IMG/VR virus record: IMGVR_UViG_3300032318_000380
Coordinates: 1 to 58,468 of that record
From: a virus
Taxonomy: Duplodnaviria > Caudoviricetes
Strand: one strand, 5' to 3'
DNA: 58,468 bases
Shown here: positions 1 to 10,546 of the stretch, piece by piece
Layout: every line of letters starts with the position of its first letter
Position numbering within the stretch: the stretch's first letter is position 1
The notes under the pieces: model-generated
The model's database searches: none
Seen by the model: only the letters and a program-made list of their open reading frames with translations
Told to the model about the DNA's origin: nothing
Program-made: the position numbers and the translations under genes

Positions 1-667
1 CCGCCCGCACCATTTGCACCCGCAGCATTGGAGGAGCCAGCCGCTGAACTTGTCTGCGCGCCGACAGTCACGCTTGCTGATGCAGGTAAATCCTTTGCAA
101 GGAATAGCGCGCGATTGCGTTTGCCACCACCGCCACCGCCGCCACCACCGCGCGCGTTGGTGCTGGAGGAATTGCCTTGTCCCGCTCCACCACCACCGCC
201 TCCACCCACGCACTCAACCATAAAAAAACGGCAGTTCCCCGGCTTCACCCAAGTGCCGTTGGACGTAAACTCTTGAACCCAATCTTCGCGAAGTGTTTCG
301 GCACCGCCGCCTGTGCGAGACGATGCTGCCCAACCATTTGTGTCAGTGTAGGTCAATGTTTCACCAACAGGCAACACCATTGCATTGATGATTTGATAGT
401 CGGTGCCGTTGTCATCCAGCACAATAGTGACAGTTATTGCGGCAGTGTCGGCATTGTTGATGCTGATGCTATTGACCTTGCGCTGTGTAGATGCCGCAGG
501 CGCTGAAAGAATATCAACCTGAGTGCTGTTGTTCGTTGTGGATGCCTGCACGCCGGGTGTTGTGGCGGATGCGGTGAAGTCCACATAGTCCACAATTACC
601 GGACATTGGTTTGTTGCAACCGTGCCAGCAAGGCTGATCTGAAGTTTTTGTGTTGTGGTTGTAAGGA

Positions 668-671
<4 letters not shown>
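1..671 (-). CDS. Gly-rich fibre/adhesin-like virion protein, 5' part (runs off window start)
   Basis: Not in ORF track. Manual translation from ATG at 671 (ATGA overlap with collagen gene stop): [42 protein letters not shown]...[10 protein letters not shown]...[11 protein letters not shown]; clear paralog of 55575..56909 and 56911..58239. Confidence 0.85.
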
Positions 672-2565
<1,894 letters not shown>

Positions 2566-2566
<1 letters not shown>

Positions 2567-3276
2567 CAGAGCGTACCTGTCTTTGGAATTTCAATGAAAC
2601 CATAGGGCAATGCGGGGTTGTTGACAACATATCCGCCAGATGAATAGGCGTTTGTAAATGCGGAACTTTGGAGGTCAATTTCAGTCAAGCTGATGACTGT
2701 GATGGTCCAGTTGCCGTTCGCTTCAGTTGTTCCCACAACATTGCCAATGGTCACCTTCTGTCCCGTGATCATGCCGCTTGTCGTGTTAACGGTCAGGCGG
2801 ATAAGACCAGAGCCATTGTTAACAGCATTACTAATGACGCGGTAGGTGACCGCATTGGGGTCTGTGCCGGGAAGCGTGTTCTTGCCGCCGGGAGGTTCGC
2901 CTGTCTGCTGGGTGACGCGGAAATCGTCGTTCTCAGTGATCCGCAGCGTGTTGCCGGGTATCGGGATGCCTGTGGTCGGGTTGACCGTGTTCTGGCCGGA
3001 TGTGGCGCGGTAATCAGTGGACGCCGCCTGATAGTTCTGAACGCGCGGGTTCATGATCGGCATCGGATCGGCGGGCAGAACAATAGCGCGAAGCTGAGTT
3101 TGAGGAATGTCATTGCAGCGGCGGCAATTCAATTGCCTCAAGTTGACAAGCTTGTTGCCGCTCCACTGATACTGCCACCGTAATTCAGAGTGGTTGTACA
3201 AAAAGCCGCAACTATCACAGATAGCAAATGCCTCTGGATTTCTTGTGCTAACTTTGGCGCGTCCGTGCGGCCTCAT
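2566..3276 (-). CDS. Virion-associated protein, N-terminal CxxC...CxxC domain plus C-terminal E1-FCCH-like beta domain
   Basis: AICDSCG...NCRRCND; C-terminal '[28 protein letters not shown]' pattern; lies in structural operon. Confidence 0.6.
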
Positions 3277-3279
3277 GAG

Positions 3280-3978
3280 TTAGCTCCTGAAATAGCCGCC
3301 AATCATGGGGCTTATGTAGAATGATACGTTTTCAACGTCCTGAGACGATGCAATCGTGTAGGCCTCATCCGCCTCCGCCTTGAGTTGGGCGGTCAACTGC
3401 GGCTGCCAGATACGCGACAGGTAGTAGGCTAGACCATTGGCGAACGCATCAAGCCAGCGGTACGGAACGTCCAGTGTTTCGCCGCCGGGAAGGTTGGCGT
3501 CCTGAACCTGCGTCACGCGGTAGTATGTGATGGTTGCGGGACTGCCATTGCCATCCGGTACAGGCCAAATGGTCACGGTTGGATTAATCAGGCGGTCAAA
3601 CCAGAAGACCGTGGGGAAGCCCTGCTGGGTCTTATTGGGATAGCTCGCATACTCAGTGCGGCTGATGGGCATCATGATGCGGTCTGTGTTGGACGTTCCC
3701 GATGGCGTGCGGGCGTACATATCCAAGATCATCACAGTGTCGGCGGGAACAGGGTATGTGGACTGACCCGCCACCAGCGTGATGGTCTCAGTGTCTACCC
3801 GCCAGAGGTTCACGCCCATGTTGCTCCAGCGGGAAAGCATCATGTTCATTGCCTGACGCGCGGAGTTCAGGTGTTCAGCCGCCAGAGATGTTGACCTGAT
3901 CTGGCAGAGATTGAAGGCGTAGATGACCGTCTCACCGATTGACGGATTGTAGGTGTATGTGCCGCTGGATGTCATCAC
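3280..3978 (-). CDS. Head-tail adaptor-like protein
   Basis: 232 aa; pattern 'LNSARQAMNMMLSRWSN...TLVAGQSTY...IWPVPD...DVPYRWLDAFANGLA' typical of podovirus adaptor proteins; position downstream of capsid genes. Confidence 0.65.
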   Translation of the reverse strand: MMTSSGTYTYNPSIGETVIYAFNLCQIRSTSLAAEHLNSARQAMNMMLSRWSNMGVNLWRVDTETITLVAGQSTYPVPADTVMILDMYARTPSGTSNTDRIMMPISRTEYASYPNKTQQGFPTVFWFDRLINPTVTIWPVPDGNGSPATITYYRVTQVQDANLPGGETLDVPYRWLDAFANGLAYYLSRIWQPQLTAQLKAEADEAYTIASSQDVENVSFYISPMIGGYFRS

Positions 3979-4388
3979 ACATCTCCATCAGGAGGGTTGA
4001 TAATGGTCAAACCCAAGCGGCCCATTGCCACAAACGGTTCCTGTTGCGTGACATCAGCGGTTGCAAAAAGGGTGTCTACATCCTCTTGTGTGCAAACAAC
4101 GCCCTGCGCTGTAGCTGCCGTGTAGACCGCCACTGGATCGCTGGGTTCGCTGCCAACCAGCACCCAGTTGCCGTCTTCATCAAGCGCCCAGACCTGCAAC
4201 GGCACAAGATACCCGTACTCAGGCGGCACATAGCCTGATGAGATGTAGTGCGTGGCAGGGTCTAGGCCAGATGCGGAGAGCGGTGTGGTCCACATGCCTT
4301 CGCCGCCGGGGCCAAAGGATGTTGCAATGGCGCGGGCCAACTGAACGCTGGCGGCAGGAACGATAAGGGTGCGGAAGATGTAAGCCAT
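3975..4388 (-). CDS. Hypothetical virion-associated protein
   Basis: 137 aa ORF with overlapping start/stop to both neighbours. Confidence 0.6.
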   Translation of the reverse strand: MAYIFRTLIVPAASVQLARAIATSFGPGGEGMWTTPLSASGLDPATHYISSGYVPPEYGYLVPLQVWALDEDGNWVLVGSEPSDPVAVYTAATAQGVVCTQEDVDTLFATADVTQQEPFVAMGRLGLTIINPPDGDV

Positions 4389-5467
4389 TACAGTGCCACC
4401 GCTGTCTTTCCAGCAACATAAGTTTTTGTGTTCGTAAGTTCAGCAGCAGTTAACGCCCGCCCAATCATGACAACCGAATACAATTGCGTCGGCGTCCTCG
4501 ACCCGGCATCAAAGCTGGCTGCGATTGTGATGCCGCCCGGAACACCTGCGCCAGCATTACCAGTTGCCGCAGTATTATTATTTGATTGAATAGACGAGCT
4601 TGCCCCGTTGAAAAGTTCTGTGAAGACGTAGGTTGTATTGAGTGGCGTTATTGGTCCGTTCAGGATAGCGCCTGAAAAAAGCCCCATTTGCAGGGGCGTG
4701 CCACTGACGGCGAAAAGACAAACATTTGCTGTACCCCCACCAAATTGTTGCTGGTTAAATCCAAAACCGGGTAGAAGCCTAATTCCAGATATGCGCTGGA
4801 ACGGCTGCGCGATGGTGAAGGTTGAGCGAAGCCAGTCATCCGTGCCGTCAAAGCGAAGATAATACGGGAAGCCCGTGGTGTCGTAGTCTGTACTGGTGGT
4901 GACACGTTGGTAGGCGGGGATACCTACGCCATCGTTGGTGACGCGGAGGTCTGCAAAGGTTACTGACCCAACTACGGTTAGCGTCAAGGTGCCAGCAGTG
5001 CATACCAGCGAGTTTGATCCTGCGGTGTATACGCCGATGTTAGTCCCAGAGGCCGTGACTGTGCCAGTACCACTGAACGCAAGGGTGTAGATAGCGACAA
5101 GTGTAGTGACATTCTGTGTAGATAACGTATCCGTAGCCAGAAGCTGGTTCACCCTAGCACTCAGCACGGGGCGGGCGGCGGATGTGGCTTGCGTGGCGTG
5201 GTTGCCGCGACCGGACTTGTCAAGAATACGGCCTACAGGCTGCTCCACCGCCGTGACAGGCGTGGTGCCTGCGCTGTCTTGGAACATCGTGGAGAAATCA
5301 GACGGGTCGTACCAGACGCCCTGCTCGCCCGCAGCAAAGAGCGAGGCGGGAGAGAAGCCCGCCGCATCCGCCAGAAGGCCGGGGGGCGTTGACAGGGATG
5401 TGGAGCCGTACAAAAGGCCCGGAAAGCCGCCCCACAACCCCACAGCGCCTGTGTAAAGACCCGGCAT
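4388..5467 (-). CDS. Spike/fibre protein with lectin (LamG-like) domain
   Basis: Start moved to ATG 5467 (MPGLYTG), just after upstream stop at 5476; motif 'GVWYDPSDFSTMFQDSAGTTPV...DKSGRGNHATQ...P' and 'YLRFDGTDD'. Confidence 0.6.
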   Translation of the reverse strand: MPGLYTGAVGLWGGFPGLLYGSTSLSTPPGLLADAAGFSPASLFAAGEQGVWYDPSDFSTMFQDSAGTTPVTAVEQPVGRILDKSGRGNHATQATSAARPVLSARVNQLLATDTLSTQNVTTLVAIYTLAFSGTGTVTASGTNIGVYTAGSNSLVCTAGTLTLTVVGSVTFADLRVTNDGVGIPAYQRVTTSTDYDTTGFPYYLRFDGTDDWLRSTFTIAQPFQRISGIRLLPGFGFNQQQFGGGTANVCLFAVSGTPLQMGLFSGAILNGPITPLNTTYVFTELFNGASSSIQSNNNTAATGNAGAGVPGGITIAASFDAGSRTPTQLYSVVMIGRALTAAELTNTKTYVAGKTAVAL

Positions 5468-5475
5468 GTCAGCCC

Positions 5476-6129
5476 CTATGCCGACACAACATTGGCTTGA
5501 ATGACGCTCAACCTGACCGTTCCTGAGCCGCTGTTGATTACAAGGCGCATAAAGAGCGGAGCATAACCGTAGTTGCCCTGCTTCGTTGTGGTGGCGGCAA
5601 CAAGGTTCGTGTCGGGGTGATCCACCCACTGCATGCTGGCCCGCGCAATCGGGTTCACAAGGTCATTAGGGTTATCAAGCGTCTGCTGGACCGTGTAGTT
5701 CACCGTGCCGCTCACGCCGCACTGGATAGCTACCTGCGGGAACGCCCACGGGTCCAGAGCGATAGAGGGAGAAGCTCCAGACTGAGAGTTTCCGACCGTA
5801 ATAGCACCCGCCGCAGCCGCCGAAATTGATACGCTGGTGACTGTCTTGTAGGTCAAGACAGATGTGACAAGCGTGGTATTTGGCCCGGTGATAACTTCGG
5901 TGATTGAATTGCCCGCATGGTCTGTGCCGACAATGGTGAATGTCTTGGCACTTTCGTTGGCCGCCGCAGTGATCGTGATGCGGGCCGGGACCGTCAGTTT
6001 CGCAACGCCGCCAGACGCAAAAACACCGTTGATGGTCAAAGCTCCAGCGCCAGCAGGTGTCTGGGAAAGACAAATCCCATCAGCGTCTGCTGCCGCCAAG
6101 GGACCAATGGTTTTTACAATTGGCTGCAT
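5476..6129 (-). CDS. Virion structural protein
   Basis: 217 aa, Thr/Ala/Gly-rich beta-type sequence within structural operon. Confidence 0.6.
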   Translation of the reverse strand: MQPIVKTIGPLAAADADGICLSQTPAGAGALTINGVFASGGVAKLTVPARITITAAANESAKTFTIVGTDHAGNSITEVITGPNTTLVTSVLTYKTVTSVSISAAAAGAITVGNSQSGASPSIALDPWAFPQVAIQCGVSGTVNYTVQQTLDNPNDLVNPIARASMQWVDHPDTNLVAATTTKQGNYGYAPLFMRLVINSGSGTVRLSVIQANVVSA

Positions 6130-6132
6130 AAG

Positions 6133-6294
6133 TTAACCCTTCTTGCTTGCGCGGGACGCTGCAATATTGTCTACCGCATTTGGATACGGGCGTCCAGCAG
6201 CGCGTGCCATTGCCTTGGCCTGCTTGATCTGATGCGCCTTCATTGGCTTGGACTTGTGGTCCTTCGGGAGCTTCTTTTCCCATATAGGTTTCAC
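6133..6294 (-). CDS. Small basic protein (53 aa)
   Basis: Below ORF-track cutoff; GTG overlaps upstream TGA; MKPIWEKKLPKDHKSKPMKAHQIKQAKAMARAAGRPYPNAVDNIAASRASKKG fills the gap exactly. Confidence 0.65.
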   Translation of the reverse strand: MKPIWEKKLPKDHKSKPMKAHQIKQAKAMARAAGRPYPNAVDNIAASRASKKG

Positions 6295-6539
6295 GGGCAT
6301 TTCCACTTCCTTAGTGATTTGTTAATGCGGCTATCGGGGTCACGGGCGGTTTCGGCTGATGTCAGCTTGGCCTTCATGCCCTTCATCCGCTTACAGAAGC
6401 TATCCTTGCGCGATCCGCCTTCAGGCTGGGGACGCTTGATGTCTTTGCCCTGAGCGCGGAGAGATGCGCGGCCCTTCTCGTTCAGTCCGCCAGAAGGCGA
6501 CTTTCCGGCGGCCCTCTGCCAAGCAGGCGTCTTCGCCAT
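6291..6539 (-). CDS. Small basic phage protein (DUF6321-like)
   Basis: MAKTPAWQR..GK...GGLNEKGRAS...SFCKRMKGMK...SRINKSLRKWKC; AGGAG SD upstream. Confidence 0.75.
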   Translation of the reverse strand: MAKTPAWQRAAGKSPSGGLNEKGRASLRAQGKDIKRPQPEGGSRKDSFCKRMKGMKAKLTSAETARDPDSRINKSLRKWKCP

Positions 6540-6553
6540 GGGGTTCTCCTAAG

Positions 6554-6587
6554 AAAAAGGACGGGGTGCCATGACAACACCCCGCCC
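6554..6587 (-). terminator. Putative intrinsic terminator
   Basis: Minus strand GGGCGGGGTG-loop-CACCCCGTCC followed by TTTTT. Confidence 0.6.
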
Positions 6588-6653
6588 AGATTAGCCCCCA
6601 ACCACAGGAGCTTCCCATGCGGCTCAGGGGAGGGTCCAAACCGCACAGAACAC

Positions 6654-6905
6654 TTAGCCGCGCGGCTTCTGGCCTTCGCCCTGAGCAGCCGTCCAGTCAG
6701 ACGAACACACGCCGCCAGACTTGCGGGGCTTGCGATCAGCGCGCATGGCGGCCATCTTGCCAGCCATCTTGCCCATTTCCTTCTTGGCCTTCATAGCCTT
6801 GCCGCCAGACTTTCGCATCTTGCGAGCGGCCTCAACAACGTCCTTGTTGCCAGCAACAAGTTCCGGGCTGTTCTTCTGGGGCATCACGCCCTTCATCTTT
6901 TCCAT
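6654..6905 (-). CDS. Small Lys/Met-rich protein with two RKSGG motifs
   Basis: 83 aa; AAGGA SD; MRKSGGK and PRKSGGV. Confidence 0.7.
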   Translation of the reverse strand: MEKMKGVMPQKNSPELVAGNKDVVEAARKMRKSGGKAMKAKKEMGKMAGKMAAMRADRKPRKSGGVCSSDWTAAQGEGQKPRG

Positions 6906-6928
6906 TGTCTCAGTTCCTTTTGTGAGAA

Positions 6929-7393
6929 TTAGCTATCGTGAGCCTGAATGTAGCGCACTGTCAGGGTGCCAACGCCAGTGCCTGTGCCTGAGCTTCCGGA
7001 AAGAACATAAATGCGCTTATCCGTTGCTCCAGTGTCATCCCAGTTTCCAATGCGGGTTGCGTCCGTGCCGGGATTAAGACCAATCAAGCCGAGCGTGCCA
7101 CCAGCAGCGCCCGAGACAAGCTCAGTGGCTGTTGCGCTCGTTCCAATGCTAAATGTCGTGGTGGCAGTACTCCAAACAGTTGAAACAAGCATCTGGATGT
7201 TCATGATGTGGCTGTTGGCGGGCAGAACAATGGGCGTGGCAAAAGCCGTTGTGTGTGTGGCAGCCTGAGTGATCGGGAATGTCTGACACATGACCACAAA
7301 GCCAGTGTTCTTGACATCCCTCCCCAGCGTGGTGCCGCTGGTGTTGATGATCGGGCCAGCCTTAATTGGCCCGGTAAACGTAGTAGTTCCCAC
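6929..7393 (-). CDS. Capsid decoration/minor structural protein
   Basis: GTG at 7393 preceded by AAGGAGG; begins (M)GTTTFTGPIKAG; beta-rich; first structural gene after capsid locus. Confidence 0.6.
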   Translation of the reverse strand: MGTTTFTGPIKAGPIINTSGTTLGRDVKNTGFVVMCQTFPITQAATHTTAFATPIVLPANSHIMNIQMLVSTVWSTATTTFSIGTSATATELVSGAAGGTLGLIGLNPGTDATRIGNWDDTGATDKRIYVLSGSSGTGTGVGTLTVRYIQAHDS

Positions 7394-7398
7394 AGGAA

Positions 7399-7456
7399 CC
7401 TCCTTGCACATGCACTGTACCGTCTGTGCAAAGTCCGCTGGTACGGTCGGTACAGC
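7399..7456 (-). ncRNA. Candidate cis-regulatory pseudoknot abutting an SD
   Basis: 8-bp stem (7448-7455 with 7415-7422); loop segment UUGCACA (7425-7431) complementary to UGUGCAA (7404-7410) directly before GGAGG. Confidence 0.5.
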
Positions 7457-7494
7457 AAGTTAACACCAGAAAAGGAGACGGGATTAGCCGCCAA

Positions 7495-8169
7495 CTAATT
7501 CGTATCATTAATGTTATGCTTGCGCAAGTATTCAATGGCGTTGCTTAGTACGTTAACGCTGTCCTTTAATTTGCCAATCCCGGTGTTGCAGTCGCAGCAC
7601 AAAAGTCCACGAATTGCTCCGGTCTTATGGGAATGGTCAACAGCCATTGCCTTTAGCTTGCCGTTGCGTTTATGCGTCTCTGGATGCTTGCATATGGCGC
7701 AAACACCACCCTGCGCTTCAAGCATGCGGTTGTAATCATCCATTGATATTTCAAAACGCCTTAAAAGATACCTTTCTTTTTCAAGAATGGGATCAGCACG
7801 GCGGTATTCCCTGAGATATTTATTGCGGCCCTCAGCAGAGCTATGGTCCCATTCTCCAGCAATTTTCCTGAATGTCGTTAAGTTTTCAAAACGGCAATCT
7901 TGCTTGTCTCCGTTTTTGTATTTTACGCGCCCTTCAGGCCACTCTCCGGTCATATAAAACCAAGCAAGCCTTCCCTCCGTCACTTCATAGTTGTTAAGGC
8001 GGATATAGCGATACTCATTGCTCTTGCTATTGCCGCCAGCAATGGTCCCAGCCTTTACGTTTTTGGCGGGGCTTATTTTCCACTTAAACACGCCCGTTGC
8101 CGGGTTGTAATCCAGCGCATCCAGAATTTGCTGGTGTGAAAGAAGCGGTATTTTGGTCTTGCCCTTCAT
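7495..8169 (-). CDS. Homing-type endonuclease: degenerate HNH N-domain fused to endonuclease VII domain
   Basis: C-term 'QGGVCAIC...AVDHSHKTGAIRGLLCCDCNTGIGKLKD'; N-term 'LDYNPATGVFKW...RLAWFYMTGEWP'; AT-rich; ATG 8169 after GGAGG. Confidence 0.8.
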   Translation of the reverse strand: MKGKTKIPLLSHQQILDALDYNPATGVFKWKISPAKNVKAGTIAGGNSKSNEYRYIRLNNYEVTEGRLAWFYMTGEWPEGRVKYKNGDKQDCRFENLTTFRKIAGEWDHSSAEGRNKYLREYRRADPILEKERYLLRRFEISMDDYNRMLEAQGGVCAICKHPETHKRNGKLKAMAVDHSHKTGAIRGLLCCDCNTGIGKLKDSVNVLSNAIEYLRKHNINDTN

Positions 8170-8225
8170 AAAAAACCTCCGATGTTTGGCTCTGAAACCA
8201 TACACCGGAGGTTTGTACCTTTCAA
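8170..8225 (-). promoter_or_regulatory. Sigma70-like promoter overlapped by SD-sequestering hairpin/terminator
   Basis: TTGAAA(8225-8220)-N17-TATGGT(8202-8197); 13-bp inverted repeat 8173-8185/8202-8214 covering GGAGG, followed by a U-run. Confidence 0.6.
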
Positions 8226-8263
8226 CTGTCGTTGTGGACAGTCAAAAAACCCTAATTAAATCA

Positions 8264-9175
8264 TTAGGTTGGGAGGCTGCCCCAGATTGAACGCCAATTG
8301 TAGTACCCAAAACTATAACGCTCGTAGCCCTTGACCAGAAGGTTGTCGGTCACGAAGTCAACCTGCATATCCGTTTCAAACTTGACGCGCTCCATGTAAG
8401 AGAGGCCGTCAATGTTGGTGAGAAGGAACCAAGCGGTTGCCGATGTGAGGTAGTCGTTGGTCATGTAGCCTTCCGGCAGACCGCCAGAAGTGCTGATGAT
8501 CGCATTCACATCGTTGTCAGCCGTACCCGGACGGAGTTCCGACTTGGTGAGGCGGATCGCAACAGGCTCAAGCTGCGGGGGAACCAGCAGCTTACGGGCG
8601 CGCGCGAAGACCTTCAGACCAGCCTGATCCTTGAAGGCTGTACGGATGGCGATCATGCCAGCGAGCAGGGTGGCCTCATTGAGTTCCACATCTGTCGCAG
8701 GACGGTTCGCAACCGTGCCGCCATCAATCGGATGGTTGGTCGCAATCAGGGCAACGCCGTCACCGCCAACAGACGCATTGTAGGTCGTGGAGGTGTTGAT
8801 GACGTTCGCGCCGTAGATTTCCTTGGTCTGGTTGAAGCTTTCAACAAGGCCGAGGTTAGAGGGCTGGAACTGCGTCTTGTAAAGGTTGTCGTCAATCGCC
8901 TTGCGGGTGATCGCGTAACCCAGAGCAATTTCCGTATGCTCCTGATTGTAGACAAAGCGTTCGCCAGCGCCGTTATCAAAGGCGGTCTGGCCGCCTTCGG
9001 TCTTAAGCTGCGCGAGGCCGAGGTAACGCATTTCAGCGGTACGCTCAAGCGCCATGCGGCTCTCGTGCTTGGTGAAAATCTTGTCGTACTGAGACGGGAT
9101 TTGCTCGTACTTGCCTTCAATGCCGCGAAGTCCCGGCAAGAGAAGGTCTTTGATGGCACTAAGATTAACAGCCAT
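8264..9175 (-). CDS. Major capsid protein (Mu gpT-like family)
   Basis: 303 aa; 'LLLPGLRGI...KTEG...ALGYAITRKAIDDNLY...ARKLLVPPQL...ERYSFGYYNWRSIWGS'; strong SD and biased codon use. Confidence 0.9.
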   Translation of the reverse strand: MAVNLSAIKDLLLPGLRGIEGKYEQIPSQYDKIFTKHESRMALERTAEMRYLGLAQLKTEGGQTAFDNGAGERFVYNQEHTEIALGYAITRKAIDDNLYKTQFQPSNLGLVESFNQTKEIYGANVINTSTTYNASVGGDGVALIATNHPIDGGTVANRPATDVELNEATLLAGMIAIRTAFKDQAGLKVFARARKLLVPPQLEPVAIRLTKSELRPGTADNDVNAIISTSGGLPEGYMTNDYLTSATAWFLLTNIDGLSYMERVKFETDMQVDFVTDNLLVKGYERYSFGYYNWRSIWGSLPT

Positions 9176-9188
9176 TGGTCCTTACTCC

Positions 9189-9776
9189 TTAGATGCCTGT
9201 CGGACCAGCGCCGTTATTGCGGCTGGTGACATTGTTGAAGCCGACGATCACATAGTTGTAGGCAGATGCGATGTCAGTGCCATTGGAACCCGGAGGGTCC
9301 ACATCAAAACCGATGATGCGGAACGGAAGGGTCGCGGTGACAGCGGGGCTTTCCACAAAGGCACCAGAGATGCCCGTGTTTGCGTTGCCCGTGCCGAGGT
9401 TGAACTGAACGTACAGGCCCATAGCAGCCAGACCGATGGCGGTGCCGCCAGCCTGCACAAGGAACTGAGTATTTGGAGCGTCAATGATGTACGCCTCAAC
9501 GTCAGCGGCAGCGTCAGCACCGGGCCAATAATTGGACCAGACAACGCGCTTCTGCGAGGTGGAGAGATACTTGCAGCCAGCAAAGATGCCAGCGATCTGA
9601 GCCGTGCCAGCCGTGGCGCGGGTGATATAGCCCGTGTCCAAGTTAGATACGGGGTCGCCAAAGTAGATGGCGGTGGTGTTGTCCGACTTAACAAGGCGAA
9701 CGGACTGTTCGTAAGTGGGGGTTGCACCCATGCCGCGATAAACGCGGAAACCAAAGGGAGCGTTTGTATTGGGCAT
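9189..9776 (-). CDS. Capsid-associated (cement/decoration) protein
   Basis: 195 aa beginning MPNTNAPFGFR, 'AIYFGDPV', 'GIFAGCKY'; immediately upstream of MCP. Confidence 0.65.
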   Translation of the reverse strand: MPNTNAPFGFRVYRGMGATPTYEQSVRLVKSDNTTAIYFGDPVSNLDTGYITRATAGTAQIAGIFAGCKYLSTSQKRVVWSNYWPGADAAADVEAYIIDAPNTQFLVQAGGTAIGLAAMGLYVQFNLGTGNANTGISGAFVESPAVTATLPFRIIGFDVDPPGSNGTDIASAYNYVIVGFNNVTSRNNGAGPTGI

Positions 9777-9903
9777 CCCGGTTCTCCTGAGAGACGATCA
9801 TCACAAATCAGCACCGAGCCGCAGGACAATCAAACAAAGGTTTATCCTTCACCGGGAAGGAATGAGGTGTTTATAAACCTTAAAATGCAACTTGACAATA
9901 CGC

Positions 9904-9937
9904 AAAAACAAACGCCGCCCAAGTTAATGGACGGCGC
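9904..9937 (-). terminator. Putative intrinsic terminator
   Basis: CGCCGTCCA-loop-TGGGCGGCG followed by TTTGTTTTT on minus strand. Confidence 0.55.
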
Positions 9938-9961
9938 TCGCTCGTAGGCCCCAGTTGGGGG

Positions 9962-10546
9962 TTATTCGTCGCTGATCGGCATCGCCTCAAAGCTCTTCTT
10001 GATTGAAGGCTTCACGCGCGGATCATCGCGGTCAAAGGTGCCGTCAGGAGCCTGATTAAGCTGGGCCTCCTTGGCCTTGACCTGAAGGCGGGCCTTTCTG
10101 AGGTTTTCCCGGTGAACGTCATCCGTCAGAACCTTCGGACGCTCCATTAGGATCATGCCATCGCGTTCAATGGTCTGCCAGTTGCCCTTCGGCATCATCT
10201 GCGGGTGGCGCGAGGCAGGTACAGTCTCCCAGCCCTGCCGCGCAAGCTCAACCTCATGGGCCGGGTCTTCCTTGCCCCAGATAGTCTTGCGCTTCCACTC
10301 GTATGACCAGCCATCAGGGACGATAGCCGGGTCAACCCAGAAGCGGTCAGCACCATCGCTGGTATCGCCCTTCAGGTGCTTACGGATTTCAGCCGCACGG
10401 CGTTCAGCGCGGGCGCGGGGATCGTCTTCACGCTGATCTGCGCGCATGTCCTCACGGGTTTCCGCCACGGGATCGTCGCGCATGACCTTCGGCGGCCTTC
10501 CGGGCGACTTTTTAACGATTTCCGGCATGTTTTCGTCACTCATCAC
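9962..10546 (-). CDS. Conserved head-module protein
   Basis: 194 aa; 'PDGWSYEWKR...GWETVPASRHP...DGMILMERP' between scaffold and capsid genes. Confidence 0.7.
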   Translation of the reverse strand: MMSDENMPEIVKKSPGRPPKVMRDDPVAETREDMRADQREDDPRARAERRAAEIRKHLKGDTSDGADRFWVDPAIVPDGWSYEWKRKTIWGKEDPAHEVELARQGWETVPASRHPQMMPKGNWQTIERDGMILMERPKVLTDDVHRENLRKARLQVKAKEAQLNQAPDGTFDRDDPRVKPSIKKSFEAMPISDE

